DNA of 64,000 bases from Bispira polyomma (lineage: Eukaryota), in assembly GCA_965649765.1 (NCBI GenBank), contig OZ287755.1:33356001-33420000 (forward strand), given 5' to 3'. Positions 49,348 to 62,777 of this stretch are shown here, piece after piece (within the stretch, counting starts at the first letter, position 1; each line of letters opens with the position of its first letter). Below the pieces are notes generated by a model that was given only the letters and a program-made list of their open reading frames with translations, had not been told where the DNA came from and ran no database searches. Both the position numbers and the translations under genes were made by a program.

Positions 49348-51720
49348 AATTCCTAATGTAAGGACATCTATAATGTGTAACTACACTATAAACAGTCTTC
49401 ACATACCCGTTTCAGCAGTATTATCCAAACTTGTGTTGTCCACTTATTTTCACTCGCCCAAATTGATGTGTTCCTTTTGTTTTTGCACTAAATTACAGAC
49501 AGAATCTTGCTCTTCCAAAATGTTTGTATAACAGAGGTTCTACAGCACATATTCAACAGGAATGCTGACAATTAATGAAAAATTCAGGTATAACTAAATC
49601 AGCGGGTGATGAACAACTAAACATAGAAAGATACCGTGTAACCCTGTTAAATCGAATCTAAAAGGACCAGAAAAATAGGCTCTACTTAACAAAACTTCTA
49701 CTTAACAGGTTACATTTTAATTAGAAATTTAGCAATGGGACCTTGAAAAAACTTCTACTTAACAGGTAATTCCGCTCATCAAAGTTCTATTTAAAGGAGA
49801 TTGACTGTAGTTTAATAGAGATCTGAGAATGAAGCCTGCATCAAAGACATACAAACTACAAAAGTACAGGCACCTATAGTTTAGTTAGATGATTTAGATT
49901 ACCAGATGTGGTTGTTAGTTGAATACACAAGTGTTTCTTTTTATAACTTCAAATAATTTAAAATAAAAACTGCTAGATTAAAGTGTATACATTAGACTCT
50001 GTATAACTAGAAACTCCAATATCCCAAGGATTTCATCCTAGTTCTAGCTAAATTCTACTTATAACTACAAATATACAGCATTTTCTGATGTTGGGACCCC
50101 AAAACTGGTTCCAATTATAGCAAAATTTTACTTACACTGGTTCTACTTGTACTGAGTCTACTGTAACTTATATGTACTACACATGTACTACACACATATA
50201 TGTATAAATAATGTAAGAATGAACACTTAGTAGAAGATTCCACAGAGGCTGGTTACTAATTAATGTATATATAGTAGAACATTCCACAAAGTCTGGTTAT
50301 TAATTAATGTATATATAGAACACCTTTAACCAATCAATACCTAGAGATTGACTAGACACTAAAAATGAACAAATCTGAACAGGTACAACAGGCATTGTGG
50401 AAACTCGGAATGACAGTTTTAATTCAGAGCACCATGGGTAGAACTGGTAAACCTAATCTTTAAAAAAATTTGATTTGATTCTAACATGCATTCAGATATT
50501 TTAGGCATTCCTTAAATAATGCTGATCCAGGTAAGATCAAAAGCCCATTCAGTGTGTTAAAGCTAATTTTCTATTTATATTTTTTTTCACACAGGATACT
50601 TCGGCAAGGTTACCAGATGTACAAGATTTAATCTAAATCATTCTAGCATAGTCACACAACTGTAGATGAGAAGCCAAGTAACTCATTGCAACGGTTCATC
50701 AAATTGTTTTAAAGCTGAGTGCGTCCCGAGCTTAAAACCTTCCCTGAGTTTCAACCACCCTCTCTGTAAAACCTTTACATTCAATTATAAAATTTAAAAG
50801 GTAGTTTATAAAACAATTAGTATAAATTAATGTAGTACACAAGAAGGCTTTTTACAATTTTAATAGAATATTACACCACAAAATGTTACCCAACTGTTAC
50901 ATGAAACTTTGTTGTAATAGGTTTTACCGTTTTACTTAACCTACATTCCCAGAATAAGCCTAGAAATAAATATGACTGTTGAAAGTTAATATATTCCTCT
51001 TGTTGTTAAGCTCACATACAGAGGTTATTCTACTAGAAGATACATTTTCCAGCTATTTCAGTGAAATAGATGCTAGTGCTTTGTATGGTTCCTGTAACCT
51101 ATCCACTTTACCCCATATAAGGTCTACAATATCTTCCTCCTTTTTCTGTTTTTATCACACATTAATATATAGCAGATCAATGATGCATCACTGGGCCTGT
51201 ATTCTCTAAACAAACTCTAGTTCAACCTCAACTGAAATGAAGGCTATGTGGAAGTCCCTGTACATAGAATAAACCCATACTTGTGACCATTCATCTTAAT
51301 AGAGCTTTCAGCACTGAATTTTAAAGGGTACATGAAATAAACCTATACTTGTAACCATTCATTTTAACAGGAGCTTTAAACACTGCATTCAAATATGCAG
51401 TCAGATTTTACTTAACTTTACTCTGGCTAGAGATATAGGGACTTCAGCTTTGGGCTTCAGTCATAGTTGAGCTCAAGATCTTTCTAGAACACGGCCGCTT
51501 CATTGTAAGGCTTATTACTCAAAAGTATTTTACAACAACACACGCCTCTAGTATTACTATATGTAATAGTAATGCCATGATTTTTAAACTCATGTATTCT
51601 GTAATACCTATATTGGAAGACAACGAGTGAGTACTAAGGCAAGAATTACATGTAATGTACAAAAAAATAGTATCAGAGTGACACAGATACCATAACTCTA
51701 CAGCCGATGAGTGGAATAAG

Positions 51721-52070
51721 TGGTCTCTGTGGCCTAATGGTTAATATGTCAGACTTTGGATCTCAGGTTTTTTGAGAGCCAGGGTTTGATCCTCGTCTGC
51801 AGGCCTGGAGATTGTACCCTTGGACAAGGTGCTTTACACAATGTTGTCCCTCTCTACCCAGGTGGATAAATGGGTACCTGGCCGCTAATGGGTGTTAGTC
51901 TTTGTGCGCCGCATGTGGTAGCACTACAAGAATGCTTCCTGAGGGAGCTGAGACTGAACAATTGGTTGACAAGTGAAAGAACCCAGGCTGGGGTAATAAT
52001 TTGTAGTGTCAGTGATTATCTTTGGATAGATATTGGCACATTAAATACTGCAATTATTATATTATTATTA
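51721..52070 (+). mobile_element. tRNA-derived CORE-type SINE; internally deleted copy at 58030-58177 (-)
   Basis: A box TGGCCTAATGG, B box GGTTTGATCC, central CCCTTGGACAAGG...CCCAGGTGGATAAATGGGTACC, (ATT)n tail. Confidence 0.75.
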
Positions 52071-55000
52071 TAACTGAACTAAAGTGGAAATCCTATATCT
52101 GTACCAAATATGAAGTTGCCCTGCATAGTTACTGGGGTATACATGTGAAAATAAAATTTTCAGTCAAGGTCTTTATTCCAAGGTCAAAGTTCAAACTTAG
52201 GTGAGATCAGGACATTACATATCTACACCTTTAATGGTTTGAAGTCAGGGTTAATAGCTAAAAGGTCTAAAAGGAAGTAAGACCATAATGTCTCACATAT
52301 ACATTCCAATAAGAGTTTTCTTCTTTGATAAGTAATGATGGAGAAATAGTTGTGACATCGTATGTAGGTCAAAAGTCTGAACAAGGTTGAACCATCAGAC
52401 TACACGTTTAAAATCCATTTTGCACCAAATATGAATTTCCTCTTATGTGTAGTTTGTAATATTTAGTCAGAAAGGTCATAACTCTCAAGGTTCTCCAAAG
52501 AAGTCAGAGGTCTAACCAAGGTCAAACCATAAGGTCGCTGCAGGACCCACCAGCCTACCTGGTGGCATAAATAACAACATCAATTTGGAAAGGAATTCAT
52601 AAAATTCAATATTCTGAAAATAAAAGATCAGATAATAGAGGTTCTACTGTACTTGTTTCTGACTAATCAATGGCATGATGAATGCTCTGTGTATATATAT
52701 ATATTGGGTGTACTTTGGCTAATGAAATCAAAATCTGTGCAGACAATGGTTCTATATAATTAAACTAATTTAAAGTGCGAGTTTTACGCCTAATGTAATT
52801 TACTTTCAGTATTAGAATTGTATTTTTGTGACTTATATTTAAAATTGTTGGTCTCGTCAGAGGCAATGCTTGACTGGTTTTTGAATTATGGTTACAACCC
52901 CATTTTCATTATTTCAAAAGGCAATGATTCTGCCACTACACACTGTGGAGCAGTGAGATTACACAAAGGCAATACACAACCATTACATGAATCCCCTCAC
53001 CTGATACACTGCTTAACACATACATGTATCTATATATACAGTAATCTGTGGATATACAACATCCCTTACAAACCCCCCTTATACCCATCTAATGCAGAAA
53101 TACAGTAAAACCTCTATTATACACACATGTTGGGAGAGTATGATTTTGTCTTGGATCATGAAAGGTTCACAAAATAGAAGACCCAAAAATAGGCATTCCT
53201 GGATAAAACAAAAGGAAAACGTAAATTTAGGAAGAATAAAATTAAGTTCATAAAATTGAATATTCAGATAATACAAGTTTGGATAATAGAGGTTCTACTG
53301 TATATTAAACTATGGATATATAAAGCAGCCTGTCCAGCCCTTCCTATATACCTGTCTAATGCAGAAATGAATACCATGAATGACACTGCCTAAAAAAAAA
53401 AAATTTATTTTAATAAAACTTCACAATTCTACATCAAAAGCAACTAGACCATTAAACCCTGTTACATTGTAAGAAAAATATCTACACCTTTAGGCTCGAT
53501 TTTAAGTCAACACTCTATCACATATTAGATGTTAACAACCCCCCAAAGACCCAGGGACAACCTAGAAATTGCCTTTCTCTATAATCAATACTGAGAGATT
53601 TCTCATCTCTAAGACCAGATCTTACTCAGCAGCTCACTCTCTCTACGTAATTAAGGCTAGACAGCGGCTGATAAGCTCCTCCCATATTTATAGGTTACGA
53701 CAACACCCCACAGTAATATTTTGCAGGGCCACAGAATTTCTTTCCTACAAAAAGAGTTAGCTTGACTCAATGAAAGCTGTTACACATGTTGCATTGTATA
53801 ACAAACTTCACACTGTCGTAGTTCAAGAAGATTTATCAATGACACCTTAGTTCCATAAAAGTCCATCACGTTACTGTATGAACTAAAAGGCCTAGGCCTC
53901 ATAGTCCATACAAACACAGTGACTAGATGCCTACATGTATTGATTTTTCTCACTGATCTGATAAAGCACACCAGTAGAGTCTTCTATTCACATCTACAGT
54001 GTACACATATTCCCTGTAAATTACACTTGCATTGTTTACACCCGACCACGTATATTTGCACAACTCTGCATTTAGTGGCAATTATTACATATTAATTACA
54101 GTAACAAATCTACTAAAATTTCATACCAATCAGAAATTCACCATATGGGTTTAAAACATTAAAAAAATAAACAAAAACAGGACAAAATGGAATGACAGTA
54201 TTTAAAATAGTGTGTGTAAAAGGTAACTTTTTGAAAAATATGATTTTTTTTAGGAAGTTCCAAAATGTTATACAGGTTAGATGTCTTACTTTACTTGGAA
54301 ATAGCATTGTATCATTTATGTATAGCCAAAGACTTAAATTAGCGCTATGCTTATGGAGTTAACAGTATTATGTATCTGCATTATATAAACTGCACAATGT
54401 GTGGTTTGTAATATAGCAGCCTTTCTTTAGTAACTTGTTTCTTTAAATATTCATCGTTTCTCATGTTCAAATATTCACAGTTCTTTGTGTCAAATTTGAC
54501 GATACCTTATCACAAGTATAAGCAGATTTAGTGATACTTTTAGGAAAGAACTGCTAAACAATGCAATTGTATTCTTGAGAAAAGTTTGTAACTATACTTG
54601 AAAAAACATTTTCGGGTGAAGCTAAATGAAAAACCCCTTTAAGTATACACAGTTGTGTAGGGTTCAGATAGTACTTATACAAAGTCACTTTTGTTATTCC
54701 GCTTTTCAAAAAGAGTTCTAACTTTTGAATACTGCCTAATAAATTATGTTCAGTTGCAAGCAATCAATAACTTTAAGCAGTAAACCAAAAAATGAACTAA
54801 ATTTGAAGTTTCCTAAAATTTCAGACTAAAATGGATTAACAGACATATTGGACTAATCTTTTACTTCAATTTTTGGCAAAATTTCAGAATTGCGTGATTT
54901 CCTTCTTAGTGCAAGCCTGCGATATCAATAGCAGGGTCTCAGCCCTACTCTTGAAAAGTTACAGCTAGAAGGAATTGTGTTTTAAAATGACAAATTAATT

Positions 55001-55669
55001 AAGGTTAGGTCCAGACAACAACAAAAAGAGACACTACTAATAATATAATAATAACATAACTTAACAAAAACACCCCATAAGGCATCCATATATACAGTAA
55101 AAACTCTATTATCCAAACACAATGGAAGAGAAACAACTTGTTTGGATAAATAGAAAGTTCTTTTAACGGAGAAAACATTTAGTAGAATTTTTAAAAATTT
55201 TTATGGGTTTTACGTCACTTTTAACCTAGTTTGTCATATTATGACTTCAGATGTATTGGTGGAGAAAACCAGTACTATTTGTACAGGAAACTATTGACCT
55301 ATGGCAAGTACCCTGGCAAGATTTCTCCTATGAAGGAACCAGTTGAATTCGATCTCACTGTCTTCCGAGGTTAGAGGCTAGTGATATTATAGCAGACACT
55401 TATACCCTATTAGACCAGTGCAAAATGCCCCTTTTCGAAATGTGAGGAGAGTAATTTTGGTATAAAACAATGGGGAAATTGTAAAAATTTAGTATAGAAT
55501 AGAAGTGTGTTGACAAAATGTAATATTTGGACAATAGAAGTTCAGATAATAGAGGTTTTACTGTATTGAGAATTGCCTCATTATTACATTATTCTGGCCT
55601 CTAAAAAGACACTGTATTTGATTAAATACAAGACACACACAAAAAAAGATAAAAGAAAGATCTGTTGAT

Positions 55670-56114
55670 TTATTTAGTTGTGGTGGGAGGAGAGTAGACA
55701 CTGTTTGGAATCAGTGCTTTGGTGTTGATCCAGCGCGCTTCTCCTTGGTCGCTTCCGGAATGTTCCTCAGAAGGCACACGATCATTGTGAATTAATGACT
55801 GATACCCCATGGTTACACTGTCCGCTGGGTTACCGTTCACAACATTCTCTGCTGCTGCTGCCGCCGCAGATTTGTCTGTCATCAGTGTTGGGGGAAGACT
55901 AAAGTCCAGCTCGGTGGGGATTTTCACTGGCATTGGGGGAATTAAAGCTGTTTTTTCCAGCACCATGTTCCTGGCAACAGCCTGTGTTGCCATGGCAACT
56001 GGTGACTGGGCGGCCGCTACGGCACCACTTGACAACAGATCTTTGGAAGCCTCTCTTTCAGCAGCTGTAGATTTACAGACTTCTCGAAGGTCCTTTACTT
56101 GTTGCTCTAATTCT
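55670..56114 (-). CDS. GOLGA3: GOLGA3 last coding exon (ELEQQVKDLREVCK...SVYSPPTTTK*)
   Basis: ttgcag|A completes AGA; in frame with track ORF 55670-56035. Confidence 0.82.
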
Positions 56115-57389
56115 CTGCAAAAAAAAAAATTAAATTGTAAAATTTTATTTTTAAAATATTTTTTTCTTTCTAACTTTGAAGCTTTGTATATAAATGGTTG
56201 CTAGCCGGGCTATTATGAAGATTGTATTAGTTTTTGTGTTACTTCTCAATAAAACATGTAAAACATAAATAAAACAAGTATACAAAATAAACTGTCATAT
56301 ACCTTTGAATACTGTATAATTTGGCAGGAATATCAGACTATAAACAAAAGAATGTGCATCTATTTACTGTAATCACAGTGTTAGCGCTAGGATTTTTAAA
56401 GACCCCACCTCTCATAAAAAGTAGGGTCCCTGAGTAGCTTCCATGCATCCGATAGATATTTTTGTGTAATTGGACAGAACAAGTCGTTTGTACAGCCCTA
56501 TTGACCATTTAGTTTCATTATTAAACCAAAATCATATGCAAAATCATCAGTTCTCGCATTATCGCCCACCCCCCAAATTGTAACAAGAAACTTTTAAACA
56601 TTTAATTTACCACACAAATACATACCAGAAGTCCTATATATTCCAACTACATGTTGGAACAGGCATCCCGTTGTTTAATACATCCATTTGATGTTTTTTA
56701 GTCCAGTGTGTATGACGTAAACAATGACTTGAAAACATGTAGTTTTGGGTGTGACACACTTTATTGACTCTGTTTGTTCATGCTCATGTAAACGCCTACC
56801 CACGGTTTCACTCCAATTTTGACGTTTTCCCCAGTGGGTGCTTCCACGGATGATTTTGGTAATACAAAATATAGTTTACGTACATGAACTGTGAATTTAA
56901 AAAAGTTGGGTAATTTTCGTATCACCCAGACCCTAAAAGAATTCTAAGTTTTAGAAACTACCATTCAAAACGCCACGACCAGAAAAAGGTACTGGAAGAA
57001 CCTAATCGAAACAATATATAAAAACTAAAAGAGGAAAATGGTGATTTCTTTTTATTTACTATACAAACACGAAAACAGGTAGTAGCAGGAAACCAAGGCT
57101 GCAAGCAAGCCAGAAAATGGGCCCGTGTTACTCACTATGTGAGACTCGATTCAGTGCCGAGTACTCACTAAATGATTTTAACCCTAATCCAAAACAAGGC
57201 TGTTTTTGTTTACTTTCTGCCAACCGTAAAAAATTAATACATTGAAAATACTAAAGAAAGGGGGTGATTATTCGGAAAAATATTAAGTTTTGATGTCTAA
57301 TTATATATAATTTTATGTTTATATACGGTTTTATGTATTGTACTCCACCCTTGCAGGAAACTTAAACAACCATATTGTATTGCCATTAC

Positions 57390-57503
57390 CTCCATGACTG
57401 TGAGGAGCTCTGTAGAGCTGTGCTATGCATATCCATCTGAGTCTGTAATGTAGAGATCTCTCCTCTCAGATCACTCAGGGTGGCCTGCAGAAAACTCAGG
57501 GGT
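57390..57503 (-). CDS. GOLGA3: GOLGA3 exon (PLSFLQATLSDLRGEISTLQTQMDMHSTALQSSSQSW)
   Basis: tttcag|A; AG|gtaatg. Confidence 0.85.
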
Positions 57504-58700
57504 CTGAAAAATAAAAAGTGAAACCGTGTACATGTAAACATAGGGTTTATATAGTCTGATATCGCGCCCATAATATGAGGCCTCATCCGGCTTTACAATT
57601 TACACCCCCAGCCTGGGCTCTTCATGTACTTGTCAACCAATAATAATTTCATCTTTGTTGAATTTGTCTATATTGTTAAGAAAAAAATGGAGGTGTATAA
57701 ATTTATCTATAACAATGCAGTTGAGGGGGTTAACAAAGACATTTTTAGGATATTAAATAAAATAAACTCGGATGTGAGTGGTGAAATTTAGAGTAGATGT
57801 ATCCTTTCTGATGTTTTGTGCCATTCAAAAACAATGTATGAAATTTAATTTAAAAACTTCATTTATGCAAATGTGCCAATATCTTTATTGTACTGTTATT
57901 ACATTTTTACTTTTTTAATGCGATTGTTTATGTATGAACGTGTATGTGTGATTGTGTATGTGCTTTGTTCCTGTATTGTACTTGTATATAACGTAAAAAA
58001 AAAAAAAAATTAAGAAAAAAAAATACTTGTCAACCAATTGTTCACTCCCAGCTCCCTCAGGAAGCTTTGTGTGAAGGTCCTTGTCCAAGGGTTCAATCTC
58101 CAGGCCTGCAGTGAGGATTAAAGCTGGGACTCTATGATTTAAGTCGAATACTCTAACCGCTAGGCCATGGAGACCACAAATAAAATAGCATTGGTGATGT
58201 CAACACCCCACAGCCTTTGGGTAAAATCAGACCATGATGTTTACACCCCCTAATCGACAGTTCTACCCAAATATGAACTTCCTTGGCCTCATAGCTTTTA
58301 GAGAATTAGCCAGGACAAATTTTGGCAGTCACCACAGACATTCAGGAAACTAAGGGGTTTACAAAATGAAAGTGAAACCTTGTGTATAAAACCGGTGATA
58401 GTCTAGCATTCAGAAAACGAAGGAGTTCTTCAAAATCAGAGTACTGGTAAAAGTGTGGTCTGGAGGAAACTCCGGTGTTTGCAACATTGCAAAATGAAAG
58501 TGAAACCTGGTGTATAATCAAACCTGTTCCTGAACAGAGACTCCATCTTAGGCCTGTTTTACAACACTCCATTATAATATCACTCACTAATTTAATTCTA
58601 CAATTAAGAAACCAGTGCGGACAATGATACGCAACAGCTTTAAGTGTAATTTTAAAACACTCAGGAAACATTTGACCCTTTGACATTTAACAAGACTTAC

Positions 58701-58780
58701 TTGCTCTGTTTGGATGGCGATGCAGACTCTTGCAGTAATTTCTCCAAACTATCCCAGTCTAAGGCCATAGATTTGCCATG
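58701..58780 (-). CDS. GOLGA3: GOLGA3 exon (HGKSMALDWDSLEKLLQESASPSKQS)
   Basis: ctgtag|CAT; AA|gtaagt. Confidence 0.82.
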
Positions 58781-59159
58781 CTACAGAAAAAAAAAACAAG
58801 AAAAAACAACATGGTGAAAGGTAGTTATTTGTGTTAAGATCCTGAGAACCGGTGACATGTGCCTTCACATTCACATAAACCCAATGGCCTTGGGACAATA
58901 GTTGTTACTTTTGATTTTAGTTCAGTTTAACCTATTTGGTTGTACTACATTCTCTACAGCTAATGTTTTAGTAAAGTTCTTTTTTGCCCTTACTTGGTTT
59001 TCGCTCAGTTTTACCTTATTTGGTTTTAGCTGAGTTTCACCTTCGGAGTCTGTACCACATTCTGTAGTGCTGTTTCAGAACAGTACTTGTTTACCTTATT
59101 TTGTTTTATCTTACTATTACCATATTTAGTATTAGCTCAGTTTTAGCTGATTTGGTTTT

Positions 59160-60130
59160 AGCTCATGTTTAACTTATGAGTCTGTACCATATCCCGACCT
59201 ATTACCTTATTAGTCTGTACCATATCCCGACCTATTACCTTATTAGTCTGTACCACATCCTGACTTATTACCTTATTAGTCTGTACCACATCCCGACCTA
59301 TTACCTTATTAGTCTGTACCACATCTTGACTTATTACCTTATTAGTCTGTACCACATCCCGACCTATTACCTTATTAGTCTGTACCACATTCTGTCTTAA
59401 TACCTTATTAGTCTGTACCATATCCTGACCTATTACCTTATTAGTCTGTACCACATCCTGACTTATTACCTCATTAGTCTGTACCACATCCTGACTTATT
59501 ACCTTATTAGTCTGTACCACATCCCGACTTATAACCATATTATCCTGTACCACATTCTCACCTTTCACCTCATTAGTATGTACCACATTCTGACTTATTA
59601 CCTTATTAGTCTGTACCACATTCTGTGGTTTTACCTTATTAGTCTGTAACACACTTTGTAGTCTTGTTTTAGCTTGTCTTAATACCTTATTAGTCTGTAC
59701 CACAGTCTGCAGTGCTGTTTTAGCTTGTCTTATTACCTTATTCGTCTGTACCACATCATGTAGTACTGTTTTAGCTTGTTTTAATACCTCATTAGTCTGT
59801 ACCACATTCTGACTTACTACCTTATTAGTCTGTACCACACTCTGTAGTACTATTTTAGTTTGTCTTATTACCTTATTAGTCTGTACCACACACTGTAGTG
59901 CTGTTTTAGCTTGTCTTAATACCTCATTAGTCTGTACCACATTCTATAGTGCTGTTTTAGCCTGACTTATTACCTTATGAGTCTGTACCACATCCTGACT
60001 TATTACCTTATGAGTCTGTACCACATCCTGACTTATTACCTCATTAGTCTGTACCACATTCTGCAGTGCTGTTTTGGCTGACTTATTACCTTGTTAGTCT
60101 GTACCACATTCTGCAGTGCTGTCTTCAGCT
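59160..60130 (-). repeat. 33/51-bp minisatellite (~25 units) built from the GOLGA3 exon end plus donor (GTGGTACAGACTAA(T/C)(A/G)AG|GTAATAAG)
   Basis: The unit matches the last codons of exon 60090-60215 and the first intron bases. Confidence 0.95.
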
Positions 60131-60215
60131 CTGTAGCCTGTGTCTGTAGAGCAGTCTTTTCTCTCTTAATACCTGTAAGTTGTTCTCTTAACTTTGACAA
60201 CTCGTGGGTGTTTGC
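60090..60215 (-). CDS. GOLGA3: GOLGA3 exon (ANTHELSKLREQLTGIKREKTALQTQATELKTALQNVVQTNK)
   Basis: ttctag|GCA; AAG|gtaata; 126 nt. Confidence 0.85.
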
Positions 60216-60249
60216 CTAGAAATAAAATGAAAATACACATGATATTAGC

Positions 60250-60669
60250 TAGGGGTGGAATCGTCCTCCATTTTGCAGATCGAGTGTCGAGCCTACAATA
60301 GCGAGTTGAACTCGAGTTGAACTCGAGTAGCCGAAACATCAGTCATTGCAAAGGTCTAACTGTCCCAAATCCGGAAAGCCGTGAATTTAGTATGAACCAA
60401 TCTCAGATACCAGTCAATAATATGGCGGCTGATGTAAACAAACCACCAAACGGAACCTAGAGAACCAAAATGGCAAATATGTGGTGGGATATTGAAAATT
60501 ATAAGGAAAATGTATATTAACTGTAAGAATTAGACCTAAATTATTGGGTCTTTTTCTGTTTTGGATGTACATATGCGAACTCGAGTGATGGATTGCACGA
60601 CTCGATGTATGCTTCTATTATCGCCCACCGAGTCCCGACTCGAGTTACGGTCAACTCGTCCCAGCACTA
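60250..60669. mobile_element. Non-autonomous hAT-type element
   Basis: 8-bp TSD ATATTAGC (60242-60249 and 60670-60677), imperfect TIRs TAGGGGTGG/CCAGCACTA, subterminal CTCGAG repeats. Confidence 0.85.
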
Positions 60670-61140
60670 ATATTAGCACAGTCTATGGAAACGCATGACT
60701 CACCCATCTTTTTTCCGCATTCAAAGCATTTCAAAACCGTCACCTAGTTTACATAAATTGATTCATTTATACAATAGAACCTCTATTATCCAAACATGTT
60801 AGCACTGAAAAACCACTGTATAACTATGGGTTATTTCCATATAGAAGAATCAATATCTCTAACAAGGTTATGTTTTCATCTACCGGTTTTGTTAGTTACT
60901 TAATTGCTTTGTCACAGCTTTACACAAAAACTTTTTACAATAAATTTGGAGCTGATCCGAGAAGTAGGGCTTATCTGAGAGAAAAAAAATTCCCCTTTTT
61001 GAAACTGTGGCACCTACACAGAAGTATGCACTCCACTATGTTACATTACCTTCACTTGAGAGGAGATTCTTTGGAAAATAGTTCCAAAATACACGAGTAG
61101 ATTTCACAATACAAACTTGTTATTGTATCATATTCTATAC

Positions 61141-61257
61141 CTGAACAGTTTTCTTCATATTGTCTGCCTCTAGTGACTGTCTGTCTTCAATCAGACCCAA
61201 CTGCTGCTTGGCAGCAAAGATTTCCTGCCCTTTCTCTTGTAACTGCCACTCTAAACT
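61141..61257 (-). CDS. GOLGA3: GOLGA3 exon (SLEWQLQEKGQEIFAAKQQLGLIEDRQSLEADNMKKTVQ)
   Basis: ttgtag|AGT; CAG|gtatag; 117 nt. Confidence 0.85.
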
Positions 61258-62609
61258 CTACAACACACATAGTTTGTACAAATGATCCCTGGAGAGCAAT
61301 GTCATAAAAATATATCGTTGGGTATTGTTGATTCGAGGGTCTTGTAAATTCGATATTTGCCATTTTTCTTCAAAAACCAAATGTGCTTTATATCTCTGAC
61401 ATTACAAAATAATATTTTAACATCTCTAGATTAAAATACAGCATCAATTTTCGCCAAGAACGATCTTTTTCAATGTGAAATAAGCCCATAAAGAAATGGT
61501 TAAACTAGCGAATCTATGAGACAAGGCTACATTGGAGATGCACAAAAGCCCAAAACTGATATGCCGGAATGAGAGCCTTATTGTGTCAGACCGTAATTTG
61601 GTAAGATATTGTACATTTTATAAACTTATTTTAATAACTACCAGAGTTATGGGACTCTCGGTGCTAATTTATCTCTTCTTAACTACATAAGTACAGACAC
61701 AAAGTATCGGTATTTGTCATTTGCCTCAGTTATTGCCCCTCAATATCCATAGAATATGATTAATTCAGTTGGGTTTCACATAGCTTTTTACACCTTAGGT
61801 CATATTACGACTTCTAGATTTAAGAGAGCAAAAAACCAGTGTTGAATTTTCAATTTTTTTTTTTGAATTGGGATATTCAACGTCCACTCTAGTACCTGTT
61901 TAGGGTATATTGGGAGCGGTAGTTGGAAACACTGGAAGAAACACTGCATACAGTTAATCAAGGTTCTCCAGCGGCCCACAGTAAGGAACTACCACCTTTC
62001 CCACATAGGCATTGACGGGAGTCGAACCTACACCAGCCGATCCCAGAGGTGAGAGACCAGTGATTGTGAGAAACCAGTGCCGAAGCACTGTAAACCACTC
62101 GGATACTAGAAATACTTGATAAACTTTCCCACATGAAGAAAATGAATGGGATTCAAACAAGCCACATTGTTGAGAGGCCAGTGATTGTGAAGCTAAGACT
62201 GCTAACCACTAGGCAACCACGGCCCATCAATATCCATGGCAAACAAACTCAATAGCACAAATTTAACATATATCAGCTTTACGGCAGAATAACGGACAAG
62301 GGCATTATTTCTGTTATAAAGTCCTGTAGTGGTATATTTTAAAGCCATTAAAAAAATTTACCATCTTTAAAAAAAAAATTGACTTGACATATTATACATT
62401 TAATTATAATTTTTTACCAAGTTAACCATTTACAAAAACAACAAGATCAGAATACCTTAACGGGTATATCATCAGCTTCCTTCCCCAACAATAACCTCCA
62501 TGACAACTTTTTAACCTTGAAACCAAGGTCATACATCAAATCTGATATGCGTACCCAGACCCATGGAAATAAGTCTGCGACTTTAAAAGGCCAAAATGTT
62601 TGCGGGTAC

Positions 62610-62777
62610 CTTAATATGTTCGTCCACGAGTGGCTCCTTTGCTTGGCGCTCACCAAACTCCCGTCGTAACTTCTCCTGTTCCACCTTGAGGTTCTGGTGC
62701 TCACTGTTTAGCTTTTCAAAGGCTTCTCTGTACCTTTGCTCATTCTCCTTAGATTTCTCCACAGCCACCATTGAGGT
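62610..62777 (-). CDS. GOLGA3: GOLGA3 exon (TSMVAVEKSKENEQRY...KEPLVDEHIK)
   Basis: tattag|ACC; AAG|gtaccc; 168 nt. Confidence 0.85.

Noticed and set aside
51721-51800. tRNA gene
   Set aside because: A and B boxes are present but there is no intact cloverleaf, and it continues into a SINE body and (ATT)n tail; the same applies to the other tRNA-like heads
55809-56204. 131-aa plus-strand ORF
   Set aside because: Antisense shadow of the GOLGA3 last exon
59158-59940. 260-aa repeat ORF as an independent gene
   Set aside because: It is a by-product of 33/51-bp intronic repeat units, starts at GTG, and is separated from the real exon by a frameshift and a stop
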